Shown: positions 46,558-57,043, numbered from the stretch's first letter. The stretch is 64,000 nt of DNA from Candidatus Sericytochromatia bacterium (GCA_036676495.1 JAKFCT010000047.1:43879-107878), one strand, 5' to 3'. A program made the numbers and translations. Notes: generated by a model from the letters alone, not told the origin.

Positions 46558-47231
46558 AGAAAGCGGTCGTTCTGCTCAGCGGGGGGCTGGACTCCACCAC
46601 CTGCGCCTACGTCGCCAAGTCCGAGGGTTACGAGGTTTACGCGCTCTCCTTCGATTACGGTCAGCGCCTGAAGCGGGAGCTGGACTCCGCGCGCGCGGTC
46701 GCCAAGGCGGTCGGGGCCAAGGAGCACGTGGTGATGAAATTCGACCTGACGCGCTGGGGCGGCTCGGCTCTGACCGACGCTTCGCTCGACGTGCCCACGG
46801 GGCGCGAGGCCTCCGAGATGGAGGAGTCGATCCCGGTCACCTACGTGCCGGGGCGCAACACGCTCTTTCTGAGTTTCGGGCTCTCCTACGCGGAGGCGAT
46901 CGGAGCGGAGGCGATCTTCATCGGGGTGAACGCCTACGATTACTCGGGCTACCCGGATTGCCGACCGGAGTTCATCGCGGCGTACCAGGAGATGGCGCGG
47001 CTGGGGACCAAGGCCGGCGTCGAGGGGAACCCCATCCGGATTGAGACTCCCTTGCTGCACCTGAACAAGGCGGGCATCGTCACGCTAGGGCAAAGCGTCG
47101 GGGCGGATTACGGCCTGACCTGGTCCTGCTACCAGGGCGGCGAGACGCCTTGCGGGGTCTGCGACGCCTGCGTCCTGCGGGCCAAGGGCTTCTCCGAGGC
47201 GGGCGCCATGGATCCGGCGCTGAGCCGCTAG
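46554..47231 (+). CDS. queC: 7-cyano-7-deazaguanine synthase
   Basis: [44 protein letters not shown]. Confidence 0.96.
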   Translation: MKKAVVLLSGGLDSTTCAYVAKSEGYEVYALSFDYGQRLKRELDSARAVAKAVGAKEHVVMKFDLTRWGGSALTDASLDVPTGREASEMEESIPVTYVPGRNTLFLSFGLSYAEAIGAEAIFIGVNAYDYSGYPDCRPEFIAAYQEMARLGTKAGVEGNPIRIETPLLHLNKAGIVTLGQSVGADYGLTWSCYQGGETPCGVCDACVLRAKGFSEAGAMDPALSR

Positions 47232-47239
47232 CCGCTCAT

Positions 47240-47353
47240 CGTCACTCTCGCGCTCACCCCCGTCACTCCCGCTTCCGCGGGAGTCCAGTGGATTCCCGCC
47301 GTCACCCCCGTGAAAACGGGGGGCGGGAATGACGGAAGGGCGCGGGAATGACG
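47240..47353. repeat. Nested REP-like palindromic element (GTCAY-CCCGC...GCGGGAATGAC type)
   Basis: Three CGTCAC(T/C)C-type left ends, two GCGGGAATGACG right ends and a central GGGAGTCCA-G-TGGATTCCC. Confidence 0.7.
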
Positions 47354-47378
47354 GAAAGGGCGACAGACCCTCCCCTGG

Positions 47379-47404
47379 AGCTCCCCCGTCCGGGGGAGCT
47401 TTTT
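47379..47404 (+). terminator. Intrinsic terminator after queC
   Basis: AGCTCCCCC-GTCC-GGGGGAGCT-TTTT. Confidence 0.8.
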
Positions 47405-48528
47405 CAATGGGACGGCAGGATGAAGAAGAGGACGATCTCGAGGGCGATCAGGATGATGATGGTCCATTCGAGGAAGACCGAGCGTCCGATGTCCAGGCTG
47501 TCGGTGAGGACCTCGTAGATGGAGCGGGCGCTGCGGAGCTTGCCGTCGATCGATTCTTCCCATTCCTTGAGGCGGAGGCGTTCGGAGATGGCGCGGTAGA
47601 CGCGCGCGGAGTAGAGATCTCCGATGATCTTGAGGGAGTTCTCGATCTGGTCCTTGAGGTCGATGACGTCGACCATGAGGGCCAGGAGGCGGTGGGAGGT
47701 CGGGCGGTAGCGGTTGTGGAGCCAGTACTTCCAGCCCGAGGCGGGGCCGGCCTCGACCTCGTGGTAGATCTGGTCGAGCTCGCGGTCCAAGAGGGCGTCG
47801 TAGTAGCGCAACTCCAGCAGCTCGCAGTTGGCGAACTCCAGGATGTCGACGTGCTCGCTGGAGCCCTCGTGATCGTAGACCAGGGCGGCGTTCCAGTCGA
47901 TGACGACCAGGTCGTCGTCGAAGTAGGAGATGCGCTGGCGCAGGGTCTCGGCTTGTTCGGAAGGGGAGAGGGCTTTCGCTTCGCCGCGGATGAGCTGGGC
48001 GATGTCGGCGCCGTAGTCGTCGAGGAGGTTTCGCGCGGAGAGGGGCTCGGCGCCGTCGAAGGCCTCGACGTAGAAGATGGTGTAGTCCTCTTCGAGGGTT
48101 TCGCGGTAGGGGTTCTTCAGGCCGGGCTCGAGCTTGGGGCGGATCTCCTCGAGCAGTTGGCGGGAGAGGACCTCGATGGCGGCGTTGTCGACGAAGCAGG
48201 GGGCCTGCTGGACGAGGTCGGCCCAGGCATGGGGGAGGTCGGCTTCCCAGCGGATGGAGACGACGCCGAAGTCGAAGACCTTGGCGGTGACGCGGGCGAG
48301 GATCTGGGTTTCGGGCTTGGGGTAGAGGGGGCGATCGCCCAAGGAGAGGGTGACGGGGGGATTGAGGAACTGGATGTAGGCGGGCGCGGCGCGGCGGGAG
48401 ATGAGGCGGGTGGTCTTGGATTGGCCCTCCCAGAGTTTGCGGACATGGTCGAGGTCGATCATGTCTGCCACCGCGAAGAGGTGGTAGACGAGAATGCGAC
48501 CTGAGCTGAGCAGCAAGGGCGTGGCCAT
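47404..48528 (-). CDS. Conserved hypothetical protein with C-terminal TM (RMD1/DUF155-like)
   Basis: FDFGVVS, DDLVVIDWNAA, LEFANCELLELRYYD, LEWTIIILIALEI. Confidence 0.65.
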   Translation of the reverse strand: MATPLLLSSGRILVYHLFAVADMIDLDHVRKLWEGQSKTTRLISRRAAPAYIQFLNPPVTLSLGDRPLYPKPETQILARVTAKVFDFGVVSIRWEADLPHAWADLVQQAPCFVDNAAIEVLSRQLLEEIRPKLEPGLKNPYRETLEEDYTIFYVEAFDGAEPLSARNLLDDYGADIAQLIRGEAKALSPSEQAETLRQRISYFDDDLVVIDWNAALVYDHEGSSEHVDILEFANCELLELRYYDALLDRELDQIYHEVEAGPASGWKYWLHNRYRPTSHRLLALMVDVIDLKDQIENSLKIIGDLYSARVYRAISERLRLKEWEESIDGKLRSARSIYEVLTDSLDIGRSVFLEWTIIILIALEIVLFFILPSH

Positions 48529-48669
48529 GTCATCAGCATAATCGAGGGGGCCGAGCTTGTCGATCGCTCTCGTCCAGGATGCCCAGCCGGCTTCGCCAGC
48601 AGTCATTTGCCAGCCTCAGTCTCGACCCCCTATAATGACGCAACCCTAAACACTAGAAAGGTCCGAACC

Positions 48670-50604
48670 ATGACCGAAAACCGGAACGCCCGCGAAACGG
48701 CCCTCCTGAACGCCCCCTCGTCGATGCGCGGGAGGCGGGCGCTTCCGCTCGCGGCGGCGGCCCTGGCCTGGGGGCTGCTGGCTCCGGAATCCGCCATGGC
48801 GCAGGCCCCGAGCCCGGCACCGGCCGTGCCGGAACCCGCTCCGGCGGCGACGGGATCCGTCGTGCCACCCGCTCCGGTGGATCAGGGGCCGAAGATCCGT
48901 GTCCGGGACATCGAGATCCGCGGCAACCGGACGGTTTCGGATGAGACGATCCTCCTGACGCTTCCGATTCACCGGGGCGAAGAGGTGACGCGCCAGCAGG
49001 TGCTGGAGTCGCTGCAGCGGATCTACGGGCTGGGGTACTTCATGGACGTGAAGGCGTCGACCGAGCCGGTTCCCGGCGGCGAGCGCCTGATTTTCCATGT
49101 GGTGGAGAACCCGCCCCTCAAGGGCGTCACCATCGTAGGCGAGACGGTCTTCCCCGAATCGGAGCTTGCGGCCCCCTTCGCGGAGATGAAGGGGAAGGTC
49201 ATCAACTTCCGGGACGTCCAGCAGATCATCAAGGACATCGAGAAGCGGTACGCCGACAAGGGCTACGTGCTGGCGCGGGTGATCGACCTGGTGCCCAGCC
49301 CTGACGGGACCTTGACCATCAAGCTGGCGGAAGGGACGATCTCGGCGATCCGGATCGAGGGCAACGAGGAGACCCAGGAGTACGTGATCCGGCGGGAGCT
49401 GACCCAGAAGCCGGGCGAGCTCTTCAACATGAAGACCATGGAAGAGGACCTGCGCCGGGTCTACAACCTCAACTTCTTCGAGGACATCGGCATCCGTTAC
49501 GAGCCGGGGACGACTCCCGACCAGGTCACCGTGGTGATCAACGTCAAGGAGAAGCAGACGGGCTCGTTCAACCTGTCGGCGGGCTGGAGCAACCGGGACG
49601 GCCTGCTGGGGGTGATCGGGCTGCGCAAGGAGAACTTCCTGGGGCGGGCGCAGTCGGTCTCGACGGATCTGACGATCTCGCAGCGCAACTGGGCGGCGGA
49701 GATCAGCTACTTCAACCCCTGGGTCGACGCCCAGAAGACCAGCTTCGGGACGAACCTCTACGCGCGGCGGTTCTGGAACTTCTTCGGGCAGGTGACGGAG
49801 CCGGACGGGACGCAGCATAACAGCTTCCTCGAGGAGCGTCGGGGCGGCGTGCTTTCGTTCGGGCGGCCGCTCTTCGGGGATCCGGTGACGGCGCAGTGGC
49901 GCGGCGCCCTGCGCTTCCGGGCGGAGAGCATCGGGCTCTTGACCACCGATCAGAATGCGCGCAGCCTGGGAGGGCCGGGGATCTTCGCGTCGGGGGGCAC
50001 GTCGGACTTCGCGACGACCGCGGGGTTCACGGCGACCTTCGACTCGCGGGACTTCGTGATCAACCCGACCCGGGGCTGGTTCAACACCTACGCGGTGGAG
50101 CAGTACCTGCCGGGGCTGAGCACGCTCAACCTCTCGCGGGTGCAGCTGGACGTGAACCATTACTTCCCGCTCTGGGCCAACCATACCTTGGCAGCGGGCT
50201 GGAAGCTGGGTACGCTGTTCTCGGCGACGGGTGGGTTCGTGCCGCCCTACGAGCGGTTCTTCTCGACGGGCAGCAACCTGATCCGGGGCTGGCCGGAGAA
50301 CCCGTCGGGTCCGGGCGCGCTGGGGCAGTTCCCCTACGGCAGCTTCTCGGGAGACTCGTTCACGCTGGCGAGCGTCGAGTACCGCTTCCCGATCGTGAAC
50401 ATCCTCTCGGGGGTGGTCTTCGGGGACTCGGGGATCTTCTGGGATCAGAGCCGCAACAACTTCGCGCTGGACCGGACCCGCTCGGGGTACGGCGTGGGCC
50501 TGCGGATCAACACGCCGCTGGGGCCGTTGCGCCTGGATTACGGCCTGCGGGAGTGGAGCCTCAACACGGGCGTGGTCCACTTCTCGATCGGCCAGAAGTT
50601 CTAG
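48670..50604 (+). CDS. bamA: Omp85/BamA outer-membrane assembly factor (three POTRA domains)
   Basis: POTRA repeats, ENFLGRAQ, IRGW, GVGLRINTPLGPLRLDYG, C-terminal FSIGQKF. Confidence 0.92.
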   Translation: MTENRNARETALLNAPSSMRGRRALPLAAAALAWGLLAPESAMAQAPSPAPAVPEPAPAATGSVVPPAPVDQGPKIRVRDIEIRGNRTVSDETILLTLPIHRGEEVTRQQVLESLQRIYGLGYFMDVKASTEPVPGGERLIFHVVENPPLKGVTIVGETVFPESELAAPFAEMKGKVINFRDVQQIIKDIEKRYADKGYVLARVIDLVPSPDGTLTIKLAEGTISAIRIEGNEETQEYVIRRELTQKPGELFNMKTMEEDLRRVYNLNFFEDIGIRYEPGTTPDQVTVVINVKEKQTGSFNLSAGWSNRDGLLGVIGLRKENFLGRAQSVSTDLTISQRNWAAEISYFNPWVDAQKTSFGTNLYARRFWNFFGQVTEPDGTQHNSFLEERRGGVLSFGRPLFGDPVTAQWRGALRFRAESIGLLTTDQNARSLGGPGIFASGGTSDFATTAGFTATFDSRDFVINPTRGWFNTYAVEQYLPGLSTLNLSRVQLDVNHYFPLWANHTLAAGWKLGTLFSATGGFVPPYERFFSTGSNLIRGWPENPSGPGALGQFPYGSFSGDSFTLASVEYRFPIVNILSGVVFGDSGIFWDQSRNNFALDRTRSGYGVGLRINTPLGPLRLDYGLREWSLNTGVVHFSIGQKF

Positions 50605-50796
50605 CGCCAGGTCGCGACAGTCGGGAGGCGACGGAACCCCGCAGGCGGGAAAGCCGTCCCCTCCATGGGAAAACGATCCGTCCGGGGCGGCGCGTTCGCG
50701 CAGGCGAGTCCGCAAGTGGTGCCCAAGCTCACGGCACCGCCCGCCTTCTCTCGCTAGCCTGGAGAGAATCGGATGACGATAGAAAGAGGAGAGTTC

Positions 50797-51258
50797 ATGA
50801 AGAAGCTTTTGGCATTGGGCCTCGCCGCCGTCACGGCGGGGATCGTGTCCACTCAGTCGGCCATGGCCGCGGCGCCGAGCTTGGGCTATGTGGATACGGC
50901 GAAGGTTTTCAGCTCCTACGGAGAGGCCAAGCGCGCCCAGGATCAGTTCCGCCAGAAGGCGGAGGATTACCAGGAAGAGCTCGCCAAGCGCCAGAAGCAG
51001 ATCGAGGATGCCCGTAAGGCCGGCAAGTCCGACGCGGACCTCCAGAAGATGATGAAGGACGCCGAGCAGGATCTGATGCCGCAGAAGAAGGCCGTCGAGG
51101 AGCTCGACCGGAAGCTCTCGACCCAGATCAAGGGCAAGATCGAGTCGGCGATCGCCGCGGCCGCCAAGGCCAAGGGCATCAGCGCCGTGGTCGACAAGCA
51201 GGTCATCCTGTACGGCGGCACGGATCTCACCAACGACGTCGTCAAGCGCCTGAAGTAA
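50797..51258 (+). CDS. skp: OmpH/Skp periplasmic chaperone
   Basis: Signal peptide, GYVD..KVF, coiled coil, VVDK..ILYGG.DLT..V. Confidence 0.88.
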   Translation: MKKLLALGLAAVTAGIVSTQSAMAAAPSLGYVDTAKVFSSYGEAKRAQDQFRQKAEDYQEELAKRQKQIEDARKAGKSDADLQKMMKDAEQDLMPQKKAVEELDRKLSTQIKGKIESAIAAAAKAKGISAVVDKQVILYGGTDLTNDVVKRLK

Positions 51259-51259
51259 G

Positions 51260-52303
51260 ATGCGTTCCTACAGCCTCCAGGAAATCGCCCAGCACGTGGG
51301 CGGACAGGTCGTGGGAGACGGCGCGTTCGTCGTGACGGGCCCCGCCAACCCCGAGTGGGCCGAGGCCCAGCACCTGGTCTTCGTGATCGAGGACAAGTAC
51401 CGGGAGCCGGCGATGGCTTCCGGGGCCGGGGCGGCGATCGCCAAGGATGCGCTTCCCGATCGCCCGACCATCACCGTCTCCAATCCCCGGCTGGCCATGG
51501 CCAAGGCCCTGGAGCTCTGGGCTCCGGAGCGTCCCGCGGCCGGCATCCATCCCAGCGCGTGGGTGGATCCGACGGCGGAGCTGGGTGAAGGGGTCTCGAT
51601 CGGGCCCCACTGCGCCGTCGGCGCCCGCGTCCGGATCGGCAGCCGCACGGTGCTGCAGGCCGGCGTGGTGCTCGGCGACGACGTCCGGGTCGGCGAGGAC
51701 GGCCTCCTGCATGCCCGTACGGTCGTGCGCGAGGGCTGCATCCTGGGCGACCGGGTGATCGTGCAGCCGGGGGCCGTGATCGGCTCCGACGGGTACGGGT
51801 TCGTGCCCTCGGGGGGCAAGCACCTCAAGGTGCCGCAGATCGGCAACGTGCGCATCGGAGACGACGTGGAGATCGGCGCGAACGTCACGATCGACCGGGC
51901 AACGATTGGCCAGACGATGATCGGGCAAGGAACCAAAATTGACAACCTGGTCCACGTCGGACATAATGTGGTAATCGGGGAAAACGTTCTCCTGGTCAGT
52001 CAGGTCGGCATCTCGGGGTCGTCGCGCATCGGCGACCGCAGTACGCTCGCCGGGCAGGTCGGGGTCGCGGGGCACCTGGAGATCGGCGCGGACAGCCTGG
52101 TCTTGGCGCGCACCGGGGTCACCAAGGACGTTCCGACCCGTGCGGTGGTCTCGGGCTTTCCGGCACGACCCCACCGCGAGGAGCTGCGCCGTCAGGCCGC
52201 CGTCGACAAGTTACCGCAACTCGCTCGCGAGCTGCGCGAGCTGGCTCAACGGGTGGAATCCCTGTCCCCCGCGGGGACGGAGACCGAGCGCGCGCAAGCT
52301 TAG
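51260..52303 (+). CDS. lpxD: UDP-3-O-acyl-glucosamine N-acyltransferase
   Basis: Hexapeptide repeats, GSDGYGF, KVPQIG, DDVEIGAN.TIDRA, TKIDNLVHVGHN. Confidence 0.96.
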   Translation: MRSYSLQEIAQHVGGQVVGDGAFVVTGPANPEWAEAQHLVFVIEDKYREPAMASGAGAAIAKDALPDRPTITVSNPRLAMAKALELWAPERPAAGIHPSAWVDPTAELGEGVSIGPHCAVGARVRIGSRTVLQAGVVLGDDVRVGEDGLLHARTVVREGCILGDRVIVQPGAVIGSDGYGFVPSGGKHLKVPQIGNVRIGDDVEIGANVTIDRATIGQTMIGQGTKIDNLVHVGHNVVIGENVLLVSQVGISGSSRIGDRSTLAGQVGVAGHLEIGADSLVLARTGVTKDVPTRAVVSGFPARPHREELRRQAAVDKLPQLARELRELAQRVESLSPAGTETERAQA

Positions 52304-52325
52304 GGGGGAGAGTCCGGAGGGGCGC

Positions 52326-52760
52326 ATGCGGAGAACGCTGGCGGGAATCCTGATTCTAGGGGTACTTTCTGGCGCTCCCGCTTGGGCGGCGCCTCCGAAC
52401 GTTCAGAGCCTTCCCTACGGAGAGATCCGCTGGGGGGAGGCCCTTCGCATCTCAGCCATCGGATTGCCGCCCTTCGGGACGCCCGGCACCCTGAAGGCCC
52501 GCGAAGTCGCCCGCCAAAACGCCCTGGGCTTGGCCCAGAAGCGCCTGTTGGCCGCGATTCTGGCGCTACCGGTCGGGAAGTCCACCGTGCAGGAACGGAC
52601 CGCCGAGAACCCCGCCGTCCGCAACCGGCTGAGGACCTTGATCATGGGCGCCAAGGTCACCGGCAAGGAACTGGCCGATGGATCGGTCGAGATCACCCTG
52701 GAAGTGCCGTTCGCCGGAGCGAACGGTCTGCAAGCCCTCTTGAACGAGCTCGGGAACTAG
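52326..52760 (+). CDS. Hypothetical exported protein (LPP20-like)
   Basis: Signal peptide ending AWA; I.A.G.PP, AREVA..NA...A.KRL; lies within the lpx operon. Confidence 0.55.
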   Translation: MRRTLAGILILGVLSGAPAWAAPPNVQSLPYGEIRWGEALRISAIGLPPFGTPGTLKAREVARQNALGLAQKRLLAAILALPVGKSTVQERTAENPAVRNRLRTLIMGAKVTGKELADGSVEITLEVPFAGANGLQALLNELGN

Positions 52761-52777
52761 CCTGGACTGAGGAACGC

Positions 52778-53656
52778 ATGAGCCTGGACCCCTCCTCCCA
52801 ATGGACGCTTGCCCGCTCTTTCGAGCTCGAAGGAATCGGGCTCCATTCCGGCAAAGCCGTTCACCTCACCCTCCATCCCGCCCCTGAAAATACGGGGATC
52901 CGCTTCGTCCGCTCCGATCTCCCCGGAGCCCCCGAGATTCCCGCCCTGGCCGAGTTCGTGGTCGAAACCACCCTCTCCACCACCCTGGGCATCGGAGAAG
53001 CGAAGGTCCAGACCGTCGAGCACCTCATGGCCGCCCTCTGGAGCCTCGGCATCGCCAACGCCTACGTGGTGGTGGACGGCGCCGAGATGCCCGCCCTCGA
53101 CGGCTCCGCCCGCATCTACGTCGACAGCATCCACCAGGCCGGCCGCGTCGCCCAGGATGCCCCGCGCCCGATGCTCGAGTTCGACTCCAAGATCGAGCTC
53201 GACTGGGGCGAAAAGTCCATCTTCATCCAGCCCGCCCCCCGCCCCGAAGTCACCTACGTCGTCGACTACGGCCATCCCCTGGCCGGTCCGCAACTCTTCG
53301 AGGGCCCCCTGTCCGAGGCCGTCTTCGAATCGGAAATCGCCTCGGCGCGCACGTTCTGCCTCCTCTCCGAAGTCGAGGCCATGCGCAAGATGGGCCTTGC
53401 CAAGGGCGGGACCACCGACAACGCCGTCGTCATCGCCGACTACCGCTACCTTTCCCCCCTGCGCTTCCCCAACGAGTTCGTGCGCCACAAGGTGCTCGAC
53501 CTGCTGGGGGATCTGGCCCTCACCGGGAGCTGGTGGGTCGGTCAGGTGGTGGCCGCCAAGGCGGGCCACGCGCTGCACGTCGCGCTCGCCCGAAAGTTGA
53601 GAGAGCGTGCGCTCTCGCGCAAGGAGAATCATCATGCCCCATCCCGAGTCCGCTAG
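52778..53656 (+). CDS. lpxC: UDP-3-O-acyl-GlcNAc deacetylase
   Basis: GIGLHSG, TVEHLMAAL, DGSA, ARTF, EFVRHKVLDLLGDL, KAGHALH. Confidence 0.96.
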   Translation: MSLDPSSQWTLARSFELEGIGLHSGKAVHLTLHPAPENTGIRFVRSDLPGAPEIPALAEFVVETTLSTTLGIGEAKVQTVEHLMAALWSLGIANAYVVVDGAEMPALDGSARIYVDSIHQAGRVAQDAPRPMLEFDSKIELDWGEKSIFIQPAPRPEVTYVVDYGHPLAGPQLFEGPLSEAVFESEIASARTFCLLSEVEAMRKMGLAKGGTTDNAVVIADYRYLSPLRFPNEFVRHKVLDLLGDLALTGSWWVGQVVAAKAGHALHVALARKLRERALSRKENHHAPSRVR

Positions 53657-54125
53657 CGCGATCGCCGAGCCTCCCACCAACGAGGTCCCCATGCCCCAGT
53701 CCATGAACATCCAGCAGATCCTCAAGATCCTGCCCCACCGCTTCCCCTTCCTCTTGGTGGACCGCATCCTGGAGGTCGAGCCCGGCAAGCGCGTCGTCGG
53801 CATCAAGAACGTCTCGGTCAACGAACCCCAGTTCACCGGGCACTTCCCGGAGCGCCCCGTCATGCCGGGCGTCCTCATGCTCGAGGCCATGGCCCAGGTC
53901 AGCGCCATCATCCTGCTGCATTACGAGCAGCACCAGGGCAAGCTCGCCGTTCTGACGGGCGTCGACGGAGTCCGCTTCCGCCGGATCGTCGAACCCGGCG
54001 ACCAACTGGTGATGACCTCCGAGCTCATCAAGGTGCGCGGCGCCTTTGGCCGGGTCAAGGCGGAATGCAGAGTCAAGGATCAACTCGTCGCCGAAGGCGA
54101 GCTGATGTTCAGCTTGGTGGACTAA
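53634..54125 (+). CDS. fabZ: 3-hydroxyacyl-ACP dehydratase
   Basis: LPHRFPFLLVD, KNVSVNE..FTGHFP..PVMPGVL.LEAMAQ; start uncertain. Confidence 0.96.
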   Translation: MPHPESASAIAEPPTNEVPMPQSMNIQQILKILPHRFPFLLVDRILEVEPGKRVVGIKNVSVNEPQFTGHFPERPVMPGVLMLEAMAQVSAIILLHYEQHQGKLAVLTGVDGVRFRRIVEPGDQLVMTSELIKVRGAFGRVKAECRVKDQLVAEGELMFSLVD

Positions 54126-54130
54126 CCCTC

Positions 54131-54952
54131 ATGATCGATATCCACGCGACGGCCGTCATTCACCCCAGCGCCAAGCTGGGAGAGGGGGTGCAGGTCGGTC
54201 CCTATGCCGTGATCGGCGCCCATACCCACATCGGAGACGGTACGAGCATCGGCTCGCACGCCGTGATCGAGAGCTTCACCTCGATCGGCCGCGACTGCCA
54301 GATCTTCCCCCATGCCGTGATCGGCGGAGTCCCCCAGGACCTCAAGTACGCCGGCGAAGAATCCCTCACCCTGATCGGCGATCGCAACGTCATCCGCGAA
54401 TTCGCCACCATCAACCGCGCCACCGGCGAGGGAGAGGTGACCCGGATCGGCGACGACAACCTGATCATGGCCTACGTCCACGTCGCGCATAACTGCCTCG
54501 TGGGCTCCGGCATCGTGCTCGCCAACAACGTCACCCTGGCCGGCCACGTCGAGATCGAGGACTTCGTCACCGTGGGCGGCCTCACGGGCATCCACCAGTT
54601 CTGCCGGGTGGGCACCATGGCGATGGTCGGGGCCATGAGCCGCATCGTCCAGGACTGCCCTCCCTACATGACCACCGAGGGCAACCCGCCCAAGGTCTTC
54701 GGCCCCAATACCATCGGCCTGCGGCGCCGGGGCCTCTCGGCCGAGACCCGCACCGCCATCAAGCGGGCCTTCCGCCTCCTCTACCGCTCGGAGCTCAACG
54801 CCTCGCAGGCCGTCGCCGAGATGGAGGCCATGGCCGAGGTCCCCGAGGTGCGCCACCTCATGAACTTCGTGCGCACGAACCAGCGCGGCCTCGTCGGCCT
54901 CACCGCCAAGAACGCCACCCCGGGCGCTTCAAAGGAGGAGGCTGAGGCTTGA
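54131..54952 (+). CDS. lpxA: UDP-GlcNAc O-acyltransferase
   Basis: IHATAVI, PQDLKY.GE, IREF.TINRAT, MAYVHVAHNC, LAGHV, HQFC. Confidence 0.96.
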   Translation: MIDIHATAVIHPSAKLGEGVQVGPYAVIGAHTHIGDGTSIGSHAVIESFTSIGRDCQIFPHAVIGGVPQDLKYAGEESLTLIGDRNVIREFATINRATGEGEVTRIGDDNLIMAYVHVAHNCLVGSGIVLANNVTLAGHVEIEDFVTVGGLTGIHQFCRVGTMAMVGAMSRIVQDCPPYMTTEGNPPKVFGPNTIGLRRRGLSAETRTAIKRAFRLLYRSELNASQAVAEMEAMAEVPEVRHLMNFVRTNQRGLVGLTAKNATPGASKEEAEA

Positions 54953-56115
54953 AGCCCCGCCTCTTCCTCTCGGCCGGAGAAGTCTCGGGAGACATCCACG
55001 GCGCCAACCTGGCGCGCGAGCTGCTCGCGTGCCGGCCCGATCTCGAACTCGTCGGCTGGGGCTCCCACCGCATGAAGGCCGCAGGCGTCAAGCTGCTGGC
55101 CGATCTGACCCCCTATTCCGCCGTCGGCCTCACCGAGCACCTGCCGGGCCTGAAGCCCATCTCCAAGGCCACCCAGGAAGCGAAAGCCTATTTCGCGGCC
55201 CAGCGCCCCGACGCGGTCGTCTGCATCGACTACCAGGGCGCCAACATGGTGCTCGCCCAGGCCGCCAAGTCCCTGGGCATCCCTGCCGCCTATTACATCG
55301 CCCCCCAGGAATGGATCTGGGGCCTGCGCGGAGGCACCCGCAAGGTGGCCCAGGCCCTGGACATGATCCTTTGCATCTTCGAGAAGGAAGCGCAGGCGTA
55401 CCGGGAAGCCGGGGGCAACGTGCGCTTCATCGGGCATCCCCTGCTCGACATGGTGCCGGGCCCGGACGTGAAACAGGCGGTCGCCTTGAAGGCGGGCCTG
55501 GATCCGCAGCAGCCCGTGATCGCGCTCTTCCCCGGGTCGCGCCCCATGGAAGTCGATCGCCTGCTCGAGCCCATGCTGCAAGCCTGCCTGCAGGTCCGCC
55601 GGGAGCTTCCCGGCGTGCAGGTGGTCATGCCCGTGGCCACCCCGGATCTCGCCTCGCGCCTGCAAGCCGTGCTCGCGCGGGTGCCGCAGCCGATCACGGT
55701 GATCGCGGACGCCCCGGGCATGGCGGTCATGCAGCTGGCCGACGTCGTCCTGGCCGCCTCGGGAACGACCATCCTGGAAGCCGCGGTGGTCGGGACCCCG
55801 GTGATCGCGACCTACCGCATCTCGGGCCTGGCGGGCTTCGTGGCCCGGCGCCTGCTCAAGATCCCCTACGTCACGCTTCCCAACATCGTGGCCGGCGAAC
55901 CGATCGTTCCGGAGCTGCTGCAGCAGGATGCTTGCCCCGAGCGGATGGCGAACGAAGTCTTGGCCCTCCTTCAGGATGCCGATCGCCGCGAGCAGCAGCT
56001 CGCCGGCCTCTCGCGGGTGCGCGCTCAGCTGGGCGAGCCCGGAGCGGTGAGCCGGGGGGCCGAAGCGATCCTCGAACTGGCGAAGCTGTCTTCCGAAAGC
56101 ATGGTTCACGCGTGA
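54949..56115 (+). CDS. lpxB: Lipid-A-disaccharide synthase
   Basis: SAGEVSGDIHG, IDY.G.N, YYIAPQEW.W, GHPL, FPGSR, ASGT..LE, LPNI. Confidence 0.95.
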   Translation: MKPRLFLSAGEVSGDIHGANLARELLACRPDLELVGWGSHRMKAAGVKLLADLTPYSAVGLTEHLPGLKPISKATQEAKAYFAAQRPDAVVCIDYQGANMVLAQAAKSLGIPAAYYIAPQEWIWGLRGGTRKVAQALDMILCIFEKEAQAYREAGGNVRFIGHPLLDMVPGPDVKQAVALKAGLDPQQPVIALFPGSRPMEVDRLLEPMLQACLQVRRELPGVQVVMPVATPDLASRLQAVLARVPQPITVIADAPGMAVMQLADVVLAASGTTILEAAVVGTPVIATYRISGLAGFVARRLLKIPYVTLPNIVAGEPIVPELLQQDACPERMANEVLALLQDADRREQQLAGLSRVRAQLGEPGAVSRGAEAILELAKLSSESMVHA

Positions 56116-57032
56116 ACGTCTTCATCACCGGCATCAGCGGCTGCGTCGGCCATTACGTCTTCGACGCCCTGGCCGATCTTCCCGATCTCCATCTCACTCT
56201 CCTGGTCCGCGACCCCGCGAAGCTTCGCTTCGATACCGATCGCCCCAACGTGACACTGCTACGCGGCGACGCCGAGGACCTCACGCCGCATGCCGAGGTC
56301 CTCAAGACCATGGACGCCATGGTCCACATCGCGGCGGGCTGGGGCGAGGAAGCCGCCTACCGGGTCAACCGGGACGCCACCTTCGCCATGCTCGATATGG
56401 CCGACCCGGCTCGGCTCTCGAAGTTCTTGCTCTTCTCGACGGCGAGCGTGCTCGACCGCGAGAACCAGCTCCTGGAAGCGGCCGGGACGGACGGCACGGA
56501 CTACATCAAGAGCAAGTATCAATGCCTGCGGGATCTGCCGGCCCATCCCCTGGCCGATCGCGTGATCACGCTCTTCCCGACCCTGGTCTTCGGGGGCGAC
56601 GCGCAGCATCCGTCGTCGCACCTCAACGGGGGACTCCCCGACGCCTTGAAATGGGTGGGTCTCGCCCGCTGGCTATCGCTCGACGCGTCGTTCCACTTCG
56701 TGCACGGCCAGGACATCGCCCAGGTGGTGAAGCATGTCTTGCTGAACGCGGTCTCCGAGCGCCGCCTGGTGCTGGGCGGACGGGAGACGACGATCCGCGA
56801 GATGCTGGAGACGCTCTCGGCGCATGCCGGGAGGCGCTACCGGGGCTGGATCGGGCTGGATCCGCTGCTCGAGCTGGTGGCGATCGCCTTCCGGAACAGG
56901 ATGAACGCCTGGGACCGCTTCTGCATGCGCTACCGGTACTTCCGCTACCGGGTGGTGAACCCGGAGACGTTCGGCATGACGTCGGCGTACCCGACCCTGA
57001 AGGAGATCCTTCGGGGGGCGGCCGGCAACTAG
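56112..57032 (+). CDS. NAD(P)-dependent epimerase/dehydratase-like oxidoreductase
   Basis: FITGISGCVGHY, FSTASVLD, DYIKSK, FPTLVFGG, FHFVH..DIA. Confidence 0.82.
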   Translation: MNVFITGISGCVGHYVFDALADLPDLHLTLLVRDPAKLRFDTDRPNVTLLRGDAEDLTPHAEVLKTMDAMVHIAAGWGEEAAYRVNRDATFAMLDMADPARLSKFLLFSTASVLDRENQLLEAAGTDGTDYIKSKYQCLRDLPAHPLADRVITLFPTLVFGGDAQHPSSHLNGGLPDALKWVGLARWLSLDASFHFVHGQDIAQVVKHVLLNAVSERRLVLGGRETTIREMLETLSAHAGRRYRGWIGLDPLLELVAIAFRNRMNAWDRFCMRYRYFRYRVVNPETFGMTSAYPTLKEILRGAAGN

Positions 57033-57043
57033 GGACCATCCGC

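Noticed and set aside
45510-47231. 7-deazaguanine DNA-modification (dpd) defence system
   Set aside because: No dpdA/tgt-like or other dpd genes nearby; ordinary queuosine precursor synthesis is the simpler reading.
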